From IMG/VR virus record IMGVR_UViG_3300010158_000036, positions 45,332 to 109,331 of that record: DNA of 64,000 nucleotides. One strand, given 5' to 3'. The notes beneath the pieces were generated by a model that saw only the letters and a program-made list of their open reading frames with translations, was not told the DNA's origin and did not search any database. The position numbers and the translations under genes are program-made. Source of the stretch: a virus. This document shows, piece after piece, positions 55,161 to 64,000 of the stretch (positions within the stretch are counted from its first letter, which is position 1; each line of letters opens with the position of its first letter).

Positions 55161-57689
55161 TTATGAGCAGACAGACCAACCACAACTCTTGCAAACCTTA
55201 CAACCTTCAGAATATATAATACTTTCTTTATTGCATACCGGACAAGTTGAGCCCACTACTTCCTGACCATCTTTAATATATTTTTTGAGAACTCTCGCAA
55301 TCGCAGATGGTAAACTAAACATATCATCAGAGCTTTTTTGCATCTGATCAACAATGAATTCAATAGGTACTCCATGTCGCATCATTGTCGAACCCATTCG
55401 GAATATAGCTTGTTCTTGCGGAGTAAAATGTTGAGAAAAATCTGAAATTTCTAAATCTCCTATAGTTAAACTATATTGACCGCGTTTAATCTTTGTAATT
55501 TCTCCATTCGCAGACTTTTTGATATTGAAACCATTGGCATGTCCTCCGAATATTTCGTATGGTTGGTTATTAAACAATCCTACAGCCACAATATATTTAT
55601 CACCTTTTGCTGTTATACAATGAACTTCAACAGGTAACGTTTTTGGCCGCTTAGGTGCAACATTAGTGTTTATAGAAATAAAATCTGGTTCGTTTTTTGT
55701 TTTCAAAACTGATACCATTGTACCTGCTCGATAAGTTGTAATACCCTTGATAGTTCCAGATTTATACGCATTTAGATATACGTCTTCAAATAATTCAAAA
55801 CTATAATCATTAGGAATATTTATGGTTTTACTACAAGATGCATCCAACCATTTTGTAAAACCAATCATATCATGTAGATGTTCATCAACTGATAAATTGG
55901 AGGTTGTTGCAGCCCAAGGAGCAGTAGCATCCCATTCACCAATAGATTTTAAATATGCAACCGAAAAATCTTCACAACTAACTTCTCTCGTCAATCCTCT
56001 ATTCTTATCTACTTTATACTTTATCCCACTTATAGTAGCAGCTAATAATTTATCACTACCTTCAGTAATATATTTAAAGGTGTCTGTTTCATGGAAATCT
56101 CCCTCCCAATATTTTGGAACGAGTGATAGCAATTCGGTTGGACAATTTTGAACAATAACAGTTCTAATATATTCCGGCATAAAAATAGGTTCACAACCAC
56201 CAGAGATATTATTAGCAAAGATTGATGTATTTCCAGTTGGTTGAATCGAGAAAAATGAGCTATTTCTTACACCATATTTGCCAACCCGTTCTCTTATAGA
56301 TTCTGGTAATTCAATAAGATTGAAGAAATTACATTGAGCATGTTTCTGGGGAATACACCCTACAAACTTCCCTTTCTCTATCGCTAAATTTACAGATTCA
56401 TCAATCACACTATAACAGATTTTTGACATAATAGTCTTTTTAATTTGATCAGCTTCTTCTGATGCAAACTTGATTTTTAGAAGATATAATAAAGAACCCC
56501 AACCTAGAATACCGATACCAACTCGGCGTAAGTTTCTAACAGCATTTTCATATTCCTGCAAAGGTACTACGGTTAAATCATTAACATTGTCTGAAAATCG
56601 TATAGTCAATCTAGCAGTTTTTTCAAGTCCTGATAAATCCAAAGTATTCGTATTTGTATTAAATAGCTTTACAAGATTAATTGATAATAAATTACAGCTT
56701 GAAAATTGTGGCATTGTTTGTTCAGAACATGCATTTGTTTCTTGTATTCGAGATTCACCATAATTAAAACAGTATGTTTCATTTGCTCTATCCAAAAATA
56801 ATACCCCAGGTTCAGCCCTATTATAAGTGGACTTCATTATCAAATCCCATAGATGTAAAATCTTAACAGTTTCGTGCACAATAACATCAAATCCCTTTGA
56901 TTCCCAGGTAAAAATATCACCATCCCATTCCTCTTTATATGAGGGATGTTTTGTATCAGGGAATACTAGATCCCATGTTGTATTTTTATCAAATTCTTTT
57001 GCATAGATAACCTTATCCATGAATTCATTAGTACAATATACTGACATATTAAACTTTGTCAATATACCTTCAGTTTGTTTGGCTGTGATAAATTCCATAA
57101 TAGATGGATGCCAACAACCCAAAATAGCCATCTGAGCTCCTTTACGAATCTTACCCTTTTTTTCTTTCTTGTTAGACGTTGTACCAGATCCAGAAGTGAT
57201 AACATCGGAAGATTTATCGAACAACTCCATAAATTTTACCGGTCCAGGAGATTCTACTCCAACTCCATAGATGAATGAGCCACGAGGTCTAATAAACGAA
57301 AAATTCAGTCCCCATCCGCCTTCGGATTTCAGTGTTAGAGATTGACCATTTAGAATTTCTAAAATTCCCTTCAACGAATCACAATCGTATTTTGGTCTTC
57401 CCCCAGTGAAGCAATTTATCATGCTCACATTTTTCCATTGAGTACCCGCATTTGCTAAAATTCTACCCCCTGGAACAAATCGTAAATTTGACAATTCATC
57501 AAGGAATAAATCTGTATATTTACTTTTAGATTCTTCATTTGTTTCAGCAGATGCTATAAATTTAGAAACTCGCTTGAAGGTATCAATAGGATGAGTTTCA
57601 TCGTGGTTTCGAAATGTTGATTCCCAAACTTCTTTGCTAAACTCATTTGTAAAAAAATTAGTTGTGTTTTGTAATTCGATTTGATTCAT
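55161..57689 (-). CDS. nrdJ: class II (B12-dependent) ribonucleotide reductase
   Basis: PGGRILANAG, NCF, EPG, TNACSEQ, CNL, QPTG, SKTIN, KGIT.YR, C-terminal Cys cluster; no adjacent small subunit. Confidence 0.88.
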   Translation of the reverse strand: MNQIELQNTTNFFTNEFSKEVWESTFRNHDETHPIDTFKRVSKFIASAETNEESKSKYTDLFLDELSNLRFVPGGRILANAGTQWKNVSMINCFTGGRPKYDCDSLKGILEILNGQSLTLKSEGGWGLNFSFIRPRGSFIYGVGVESPGPVKFMELFDKSSDVITSGSGTTSNKKEKKGKIRKGAQMAILGCWHPSIMEFITAKQTEGILTKFNMSVYCTNEFMDKVIYAKEFDKNTTWDLVFPDTKHPSYKEEWDGDIFTWESKGFDVIVHETVKILHLWDLIMKSTYNRAEPGVLFLDRANETYCFNYGESRIQETNACSEQTMPQFSSCNLLSINLVKLFNTNTNTLDLSGLEKTARLTIRFSDNVNDLTVVPLQEYENAVRNLRRVGIGILGWGSLLYLLKIKFASEEADQIKKTIMSKICYSVIDESVNLAIEKGKFVGCIPQKHAQCNFFNLIELPESIRERVGKYGVRNSSFFSIQPTGNTSIFANNISGGCEPIFMPEYIRTVIVQNCPTELLSLVPKYWEGDFHETDTFKYITEGSDKLLAATISGIKYKVDKNRGLTREVSCEDFSVAYLKSIGEWDATAPWAATTSNLSVDEHLHDMIGFTKWLDASCSKTINIPNDYSFELFEDVYLNAYKSGTIKGITTYRAGTMVSVLKTKNEPDFISINTNVAPKRPKTLPVEVHCITAKGDKYIVAVGLFNNQPYEIFGGHANGFNIKKSANGEITKIKRGQYSLTIGDLEISDFSQHFTPQEQAIFRMGSTMMRHGVPIEFIVDQMQKSSDDMFSLPSAIARVLKKYIKDGQEVVGSTCPVCNKESIIYSEGCKVCKSCGWSVCS

Positions 57690-57775
57690 GTTGTGTTATT
57701 TTATATAGTTTCTCGAAAATAGACGTAATTCTAGTGTGAATTATAACACACTTTATCGTTGAAGTAAATGATATT

Positions 57776-58135
57776 TTAGATACCGTTACTGGCTTTGCGA
57801 CGAATTGAACGTAAAGCTCCAGTATCTTTGTTTCTGAGAATTATTGTGTGTTTTGGATTTTTTTGAGCATAAGTCTTAACGATCTTTTCCTCATCAATTT
57901 CATCACTCAAATAATTCTTCCAACGAGCGAATTTGTTGCGACCAACCTCAAATTTCTTAAATGTATCAGATCCCACATCAAATAATCTCCAATCAGTTCG
58001 TTTCAAAATTGAATCTTCTCCTCCATTTTTCAGATCGGATGATTTCATTCCAAGAGGAAATGCTGGCATTGATACCGCACCACTTCCTGCAGTCATATCA
58101 TCGTTAATTACATGATCTTCTTCTATATTGCTCAT
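57776..58135 (-). CDS. conserved T4-like late protein
   Basis: K..RW..YL...YA.KNPK..IIL....TGA; TATAAATA at 58141. Confidence 0.75.
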   Translation of the reverse strand: MSNIEEDHVINDDMTAGSGAVSMPAFPLGMKSSDLKNGGEDSILKRTDWRLFDVGSDTFKKFEVGRNKFARWKNYLSDEIDEEKIVKTYAQKNPKHTIILRNKDTGALRSIRRKASNGI

Positions 58136-58143
58136 ATCCTTAT

Positions 58144-58719
58144 TTATAATTGAACTTGGGACAAATCAGAACTTGTTACAAATATAGTTTGTTTAGTTTT
58201 TTCATGGATTGCTGGATACACAGAAATCCCAAATATAGATCCCACAGGTTTAACGCCTTCTTCTATATTCACCATACTATTTTTCAAAGCAAGTACTTCT
58301 CCGGTTTTAGGTAATGCAATATCATTCAAAAGTTTATAGGTACCAGCTATAATTGAAATATCCTCTTTAAGAATTCGAGATGGATCTGGGTAAGAACCTG
58401 TGATTTCATGTAATATCATGGCTATATGAGAATCATTCATACCAGAATTCTCTTTGATTAAGTATAGAGCGGCAGCATATGAAGCTATGGTGGATTTTCC
58501 TAATGGAATCTTGTTCAACAATTTTTTCAAATTAAAAACTATTCGATGAAATAAAGTATATTTACTATTCTCAAAAGCAGTTCTTGGACGACGTATTAAA
58601 TTTCCTTTATTGTCAATAAGACCTGCTTTATATGCCCCTGTTTTAATCCATGGTGTAGTAAGTAATCGCAAAAAACGAAAACTCATTATTGTATCAGCGG
58701 CTTGAATTATTGCTCCCAT
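58144..58719 (-). CDS. conserved T4-like late protein
   Basis: FRFL.LLTTPW....AYK.G.ID..G, YT.FHR.VFN.K. Confidence 0.8.
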   Translation of the reverse strand: MGAIIQAADTIMSFRFLRLLTTPWIKTGAYKAGLIDNKGNLIRRPRTAFENSKYTLFHRIVFNLKKLLNKIPLGKSTIASYAAALYLIKENSGMNDSHIAMILHEITGSYPDPSRILKEDISIIAGTYKLLNDIALPKTGEVLALKNSMVNIEEGVKPVGSIFGISVYPAIHEKTKQTIFVTSSDLSQVQL

Positions 58720-58727
58720 AGGATATA

Positions 58728-59099
58728 TTAGATTTGTTGAAGTTTTTTCACAATGAACAGATCGACTGGTATATTGATATACTCTTCGTCTGTAATATAA
58801 TTTAAATACAAGAGAAATGTTTTAAGAGCAGGAAAATACTCTTCATTGAACTGAAAGAATAACATTTGTGTGGAAGCCTTCATGAGAAATACATTGTGAA
58901 TTGTAATAATCTCATTTAGAATTTTACGTTCTTCCAGGATATTCTTCTCAAGATATTTTTTAAGTAAGCGCTTTACTATTTTAAATCTGGCGACATCTTC
59001 ATAAAACTCTCGAATATCTAAAATCCTTGGATTATTATAGTGCCGGGCGGCATAAACCATGAAGTTTTTCTGAGTGAGAGTGGAGATTAACAAAGGCAT
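58728..59099 (-). CDS. conserved T4-like protein (DUF7207-like)
   Basis: NF..YA..HY.NP, EF.ED..RF, LKTFL.YLN. Confidence 0.8.
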   Translation of the reverse strand: MPLLISTLTQKNFMVYAARHYNNPRILDIREFYEDVARFKIVKRLLKKYLEKNILEERKILNEIITIHNVFLMKASTQMLFFQFNEEYFPALKTFLLYLNYITDEEYINIPVDLFIVKKLQQI

Positions 59100-59111
59100 A
59101 TATTTTATATA

Positions 59112-59453
59112 TCAACCATCTAAAAGATCAGTGACTGTAGTATCTGCTTGCCACATAAGACAACTCCAATAGTTCGCTTTCCACTTAGGACCTGGATTAG
59201 TATCACAATGATGCCGCAACCTATAATTTTTTAGATGTTCTGGATTGTCTCTCTTGATTTCCATAGAGGGGTCACCAAATCCTAGCTTGATGACATTTCC
59301 CTTTTCATTTCGTACATAAACATAAAACTTGTGTTTTTCATCATCGGAACGCCATGGTTTATTCAGAGTTACAGTACGACCATGATACTCAGCAGTTTCA
59401 ACCAAGGAGCTGCTATAATCTTCTCGAATTTGTTTCAGAGTTTTCATTGACAT
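59112..59453 (-). CDS. conserved phage late protein (DUF6321-like)
   Basis: AEY.GR.V.LNKP, FGDP.M.IK, RH.C, ANYWSC..W. Confidence 0.75.
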   Translation of the reverse strand: MSMKTLKQIREDYSSSLVETAEYHGRTVTLNKPWRSDDEKHKFYVYVRNEKGNVIKLGFGDPSMEIKRDNPEHLKNYRLRHHCDTNPGPKWKANYWSCLMWQADTTVTDLLDG

Positions 59454-60202
59454 GATTTAACTAAAGCTGCTTCCTCATCTCTCCGATCAAGAAGTCCTTG
59501 CATATGAGAATTGATCCATAACCGTTTCATAGATACGATTTGTTGTGAGATATAATCATAGATGTTATCTACTTTGATCTTACCGGAGATAGCATCTCTA
59601 ATATTAAGCATTTCTCTGTGTGAGTCTCCTATAACAGATCCTCCTCTATTGAACACCAAGGATACAAGTGCTCCAAATGCATCTTGTTTCAGCTTATCAG
59701 ACCCAGGGAATGATGTGATAGTCTCCTTAATATATCTTGGAATATCACGGTTTTTGAATACGAGTTCAGCAGACTCCCATGGAATTGATATATTTTTCAA
59801 GGATGTTATAACGGCTTTTGCAGCTAATCCAGACTTACCAAGTTGTGTCAAAAGAGTAGTATAAACCTCTGAACTCAACAGAGATTTCCAATCGGATTCA
59901 AACTGTTGTGCTGAACTGAATCTTAAATCATATCCAATTCCTATCGTGACGCCACTACTACCCCCAGGAAATTCCGGAGATTTGAGCTGTGAATTGTAAT
60001 ACTGTCGTCCACCACCAACTTCATACTTAATAATGAGAGCATATGCAGCATCGGATATAGTGATCGCCGATAAAGTCTCAATGGGAAGTACAACACCTAA
60101 TTGAGATGCTATAGCTTTCCATGTTACTGGTCCTGCAACTCCATCAGATACCAAATTTAGCTTGGTTTGAACGGCTTTGATCAAATTAATTGTGTTATCC
60201 AT
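59444..60202 (-). CDS. endolysin: peptidoglycan-binding domain + lysozyme-like domain
   Basis: DGVAGP.TW, E.GG, SGVTIGIGYD, ALVSLVFNRG, GL..RR.EE. Confidence 0.85.
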   Translation of the reverse strand: MDNTINLIKAVQTKLNLVSDGVAGPVTWKAIASQLGVVLPIETLSAITISDAAYALIIKYEVGGGRQYYNSQLKSPEFPGGSSGVTIGIGYDLRFSSAQQFESDWKSLLSSEVYTTLLTQLGKSGLAAKAVITSLKNISIPWESAELVFKNRDIPRYIKETITSFPGSDKLKQDAFGALVSLVFNRGGSVIGDSHREMLNIRDAISGKIKVDNIYDYISQQIVSMKRLWINSHMQGLLDRRDEEAALVKSCQ

Positions 60203-60204
60203 GC

Positions 60205-60500
60205 TTTTTTGCTTTACAAGGTTTTGATGGTTTGTTATAATTAATATAGAAAATAAATTAAAAAATCTTTTAAAAAGCTCATCAAAAAACTATATAGATA
60301 CAACGGGACGTTGCTGAATTACCTAGTAATATATTAAAACTTCTTATAAAAAACTTAAAATTGAATAAGGAGACTCCGAAGGACATCCTGCAAGGATGTG
60401 AATAGTATTACATTAGTAATAAATCATTAATCTTTAGATCTTAAAAATATCTATAATAACTTTAAGTTTCTTCTAGTTGCTCCAAAGAAAAAATGGATGG
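60205..60500 (+). other. promoter-driven non-coding element B (homolog of element A)
   Basis: TTTACA-N17-TATAAT at 60213-60241, TCCGAAGGACATCCTGCAAGGATGT at 60375. Confidence 0.65.
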
Positions 60501-60507
60501 AAGATTT

Positions 60508-61710
60508 TTAGGATTTTCTTGAAAAATATTTTAAATATGGTTTCCAAGCAGACTTAATTTGTTCATTAGTTGCTTCAGGATACATCTTTTTATGTTGTTT
60601 TTGAAATTCATCAAATTTTGTATAATCTGTAGCTTCATTGGCAATAGAATTATCTATCACTTCATCATGGGTTACATCTTCATTCTTTTGAGCAGCATAC
60701 CAAGCTCCTAAACCCATTTCAATACGCTTCTTTTTAGACTTACCATCAAAGATAGGATTTTTGGAATGAACAAAATCATGAATCCAAACTCTAGCTTCAT
60801 CATTTGGATTTAGAACTTCTTCCAAAGAAGATTCATCTAGCTGTTTTATTAATTGAAAAATTTGTTTCATATATACATCATATTTTGCTTGATATGATCT
60901 AGGACTTATAGAACCTTTAGAATTTAGTTTATCAAGTTCTTTTACTTGAACCATAATATCAGCAATCTTTTTTGTAGTGCTTGAATGATCATAATCTGGT
61001 ATTGAGTCACTATCTTCAAGTCCTAAATCTATTTGGGGTAACTTGGAACGCTCTTCAATCTCTTTTAAAGCCTCTCCAAGATTTTCATACCAGAGTGTAC
61101 CAACGTTATCAGCGATACCATAAGGCTTCTTTTCAGAATCTAGGATTACAAAGAAAGTATCATCCCATTTACCAGCTCGCATAGGAATTCCAAAAAGGTG
61201 TAGGATTTTTCCTTTGGGTGTAGTATATATATCCTTGGATGGATTTTTTACTTCCTTAAATCCCAACTTGTTTAAAGTCTTAATAGTCATCTTCCATGAT
61301 ACATCAAGTTCTACTGGAACAATGCCATGATCAATATCAACCTTTTCATATAGTGTTTCAGCTTGCTTATAAAGAGACTCAATAAGAATTCTTGCATCAT
61401 CTGATTCTAAACTCTCATCAAGTAAAGATATTGTATTATATACATCATCAGTCTTTTCAATAATCTTAGATAAAGTCTTGAGAAGATCCTTTGTTATATC
61501 TGTAGATTCTTTAATACCTCTTTTATCAGATATCTTCTTTCCAATTATCCACAATTTTTTATCTTCTTTAGAAGATTTATTTGTGAGAGCATGAGTTTTT
61601 AACCAAAGAAGAAGTTCTTTATCCTTCATTCCGCGGAAGTTTATAAATTTAGGTTTTTCAACTTTTGTAGATTCTTCGATAGAACCTAATATGTGCGATA
61701 GTTTTTTCAT
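60508..61710 (-). CDS. late multi-module protein, candidate head protein
   Basis: many (L/I)xE-S sites; WI.DF..S.NP.F.GKSK..R..M module. Confidence 0.65.
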   Translation of the reverse strand: MKKLSHILGSIEESTKVEKPKFINFRGMKDKELLLWLKTHALTNKSSKEDKKLWIIGKKISDKRGIKESTDITKDLLKTLSKIIEKTDDVYNTISLLDESLESDDARILIESLYKQAETLYEKVDIDHGIVPVELDVSWKMTIKTLNKLGFKEVKNPSKDIYTTPKGKILHLFGIPMRAGKWDDTFFVILDSEKKPYGIADNVGTLWYENLGEALKEIEERSKLPQIDLGLEDSDSIPDYDHSSTTKKIADIMVQVKELDKLNSKGSISPRSYQAKYDVYMKQIFQLIKQLDESSLEEVLNPNDEARVWIHDFVHSKNPIFDGKSKKKRIEMGLGAWYAAQKNEDVTHDEVIDNSIANEATDYTKFDEFQKQHKKMYPEATNEQIKSAWKPYLKYFSRKS

Positions 61711-61711
61711 G

Positions 61712-62212
61712 TTACTTATTTTTGTTTTTATTAAATTCTTCAAAGGTGTCTATTACTACTTGAATACTAGAAGGAAAAGTTTTAGAATTTGAAATCATAT
61801 AATATACATATGATTCAATTAATTCTTCATCGATGTTCTTCTGCAATGATAATTTAGTTATAGCAATTGCTCGATCTTTTTTGAGAATGTCTTTATCTTT
61901 CTTTTCAAGAACATTACCATTACCCATAAGAGAAACCGATCCTTTTCTGGCTTCAGTATCTACAGATTTAACTATAGTAAGTCTTGGTCTAATATCAGTA
62001 TTCTTTGGAGCCATTATAGGAGCTTCTTCATTTCGTTGAGCTTCATAGTATAGTTCCAGAGCTTTTTCAGTACGTTCTTCTTTAGTCATGTTATTGAATT
62101 GAGAATCTCTAGAATTTACAATTTTCTCAATCCAAACTTCAACTGGATCCGATTTTCTAAGAGTTTCTGAAAGATGCACAACCATATCTTTATTTATATT
62201 TTTGAATAGCAT
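61712..62212 (-). CDS. late hypothetical protein
   Basis: shares WI...S....F...TK..R...YY.AQ.NE module with 60508..61710. Confidence 0.6.
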   Translation of the reverse strand: MLFKNINKDMVVHLSETLRKSDPVEVWIEKIVNSRDSQFNNMTKEERTEKALELYYEAQRNEEAPIMAPKNTDIRPRLTIVKSVDTEARKGSVSLMGNGNVLEKKDKDILKKDRAIAITKLSLQKNIDEELIESYVYYMISNSKTFPSSIQVVIDTFEEFNKNKNK

Positions 62213-63173
62213 CTAGTTGTTCTTGAATAGGAATGATTATTTTATTCGGATCTCCTATATCGGTCTGATTAGAATGATATGAGCCCTTTATTGTTGACAT
62301 CAAACGGTGATTAACCCATATAATAGATCCATCAGAGAACGTATATTCTGTAGATCCTCCATCCATCAGCGTATTTTTATTGACTACGGTAAGAGCTTGA
62401 TTCTTAGCCTCATGAAGATCATTAATGAATAGTTTTATCCTCATCTCGCCATCAAGGGTTTCACATACTACAAAGTTTGTATGTCTCTCCATGATAATAT
62501 ATTCAATTCCCTTCATTCTCTCTGACCATACTTTACATCCAACTTTAAATAAATTACCCGAAATATATTGTTCTCTTTTTTCAGATATATCGTCAATTTT
62601 CGATATAGACTCAGATTTTACGCCAAACCCTTTTTTTACAGCATTAAACAACTCAGTACTATCCTTGAATTCAGGTGGAAGATTTTTAACAAATGAGATA
62701 AGATCGTCATTTAATACAAAATCCCGCATTTTACTTTCAGACTTCTTGATATTTCCAATGATTTTTATATATAGACCATCCCGGAATTTATCTTTAAATT
62801 CCTCCCGGATTTTATCAATATCTTTAAATCCAGACTCTATAACAAGTGTAAGTTTACTGAACTTAGCATCAAGAGCTTTGGTAATAACATCATGTATAGT
62901 CTCGACGTCTTTATCAATAAGAATGTTTCGTCCATAAGTCGGAAACATTTTTCGCATAAACTTAATTTTGTCTTCATAATTTAAAGGATTATTTTCTGAA
63001 TCTACTTCGGGAGAAGCATATATTTGATATGTCTTTCCATTCTTTGCTAACTCAACAACCTTATCTAGTAATTTAGCATGATCTAAATTCGGCGGTTGAA
63101 ATTGTGCAAAGGTCGCAACTAACTCTTTTTCCCGAGAAGCTGTGAATGTTTTAAAAGATTTGATTTTTTGCAT
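62190..63173 (-). CDS. cytidylyltransferase-like protein (T4-like), degenerate HIGH motif
   Basis: TFAQFQPPNLDH, NPL.Y..K...M..MFP, SKMR, RE.Y..G.LF.VG. Confidence 0.75.
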   Translation of the reverse strand: MQKIKSFKTFTASREKELVATFAQFQPPNLDHAKLLDKVVELAKNGKTYQIYASPEVDSENNPLNYEDKIKFMRKMFPTYGRNILIDKDVETIHDVITKALDAKFSKLTLVIESGFKDIDKIREEFKDKFRDGLYIKIIGNIKKSESKMRDFVLNDDLISFVKNLPPEFKDSTELFNAVKKGFGVKSESISKIDDISEKREQYISGNLFKVGCKVWSERMKGIEYIIMERHTNFVVCETLDGEMRIKLFINDLHEAKNQALTVVNKNTLMDGGSTEYTFSDGSIIWVNHRLMSTIKGSYHSNQTDIGDPNKIIIPIQEQLDAIQKYK

Positions 63174-63177
63174 CTAC

Positions 63178-63969
63178 TTATTGTAAAGTTCTTTCGAAGC
63201 GACGGAGTCTTCTATTAATAACAGATTCATTTACAGTGTCATCTCTAGTGCAGATGTCTTGAGTGCCGTAATTCTGTCTCCCCGTTAGTCCACAGGACAC
63301 TCTATCCCACAAGTACTTGAAGTGATCGTTATCATCTCCCAAGTATTTCTTGATTTTATCCAGAGCCCACTTCTGAAAGTTCCGGTCAAAGTCACAATGT
63401 TGACACACCAACCAGAAGTTCTTCCAATCTTTCTCAGAGAAAGATTGGAATTGAAATCCCTTCGCCTTGGTGATGAAGCCGATGTTGTCGGCCTTCTCTC
63501 CAAAGATATCATCCACTTTTCTACCGTGTTTCTTTGCGTAATCTTTAGATCCCTGATCATAGTCTCCTCCATTGCTCTTCACGAATGATATATACTGATT
63601 GCGCTCATTCTGATCCTTCTTCACCAGTTGCTCCAGATAGGAAGAGGTGTTTGATTCATTAACTTCTTGTTTCTGTTTTTCATATACAATCATTTCAAGA
63701 GTATTTGTAAATCGTCTAATAGATTCTTGAAGTTTAGTATCGGTGACACCTTGAATAATATCTTCCAACTTGATCTTATCAGAACCAGATAATACAGGAC
63801 CTTTATTATAAGCGATACTCATAAGTTCATCTATTACTTCTTTTGGAGCGGCTTCTATAATTTCATACCAAGAATTGATATGCATTTCCTTAATAGAATC
63901 TTCTCCAATTTGCCCCCGGTGTCGCTTGATATACTTATATGTAATTAAACCAAGATCATCCTCAGGCAT
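63178..63969 (-). CDS. protein with DUF6624-like domain (may start upstream of window)
   Basis: DQ.ER, WLV.QH.D....FQ, YL.DRV...Q.YGTQ. Confidence 0.65.
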   Translation of the reverse strand: MPEDDLGLITYKYIKRHRGQIGEDSIKEMHINSWYEIIEAAPKEVIDELMSIAYNKGPVLSGSDKIKLEDIIQGVTDTKLQESIRRFTNTLEMIVYEKQKQEVNESNTSSYLEQLVKKDQNERNQYISFVKSNGGDYDQGSKDYAKKHGRKVDDIFGEKADNIGFITKAKGFQFQSFSEKDWKNFWLVCQHCDFDRNFQKWALDKIKKYLGDDNDHFKYLWDRVSCGLTGRQNYGTQDICTRDDTVNESVINRRLRRFERTLQ

Positions 63970-64000
63970 ATCACCTTGAGTATAATCGACATTTATAAGA

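Noticed and set aside
55161-57689. Intein or intron in the RNR gene
   Set aside because: Continuous ORF of normal length with no splicing motifs seen.

Overview
A 64 kb slice of a large, AT-rich lytic dsDNA phage of the T4-like (myovirus/jumbo) type; almost all genes lie on the minus strand. Positions ~1-38.3 kb are an early/accessory region of small ORFs driven by a repeated strong sigma70-type promoter (TTTACA-N17-TA(T/G)(A)(A/T)T, usually followed by CCCGTAAGGA). It carries NAD-dependent ligase, two zinc deaminases, a DnaQ-like exonuclease, a DenV-like glycosylase, PhoH, ThyX, a truncated TnpB, YopX copies, a metallophosphoesterase/nucleotidyltransferase/macrodomain trio, a radical-SAM module flanked by two ETNSSS-motif proteins, and RtcB, and many of its genes are visibly decaying. 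Positions ~38.8-44.5 kb are a stable-RNA operon with a boxA-like leader, about 14 tRNAs, an HNH endonuclease and many tRNA-like or other structured RNAs. The most striking of these is a 71-nt RNA that is exactly the tRNA-like domain of tmRNA with no mRNA-like domain. Positions ~44.9-64 kb hold TATAAATA late-promoter genes (candidate protease-processed head proteins), a ClpP-like protease, a glycan-modification cluster, exonuclease, RNase H, class II RNR and an endolysin. Two homologous ~300-bp promoter-driven non-coding elements (14.75-15.06 kb minus, 60.2-60.5 kb plus) look like candidate transcription-primed origins. All calls come from motif recognition by eye; no database searches were run.
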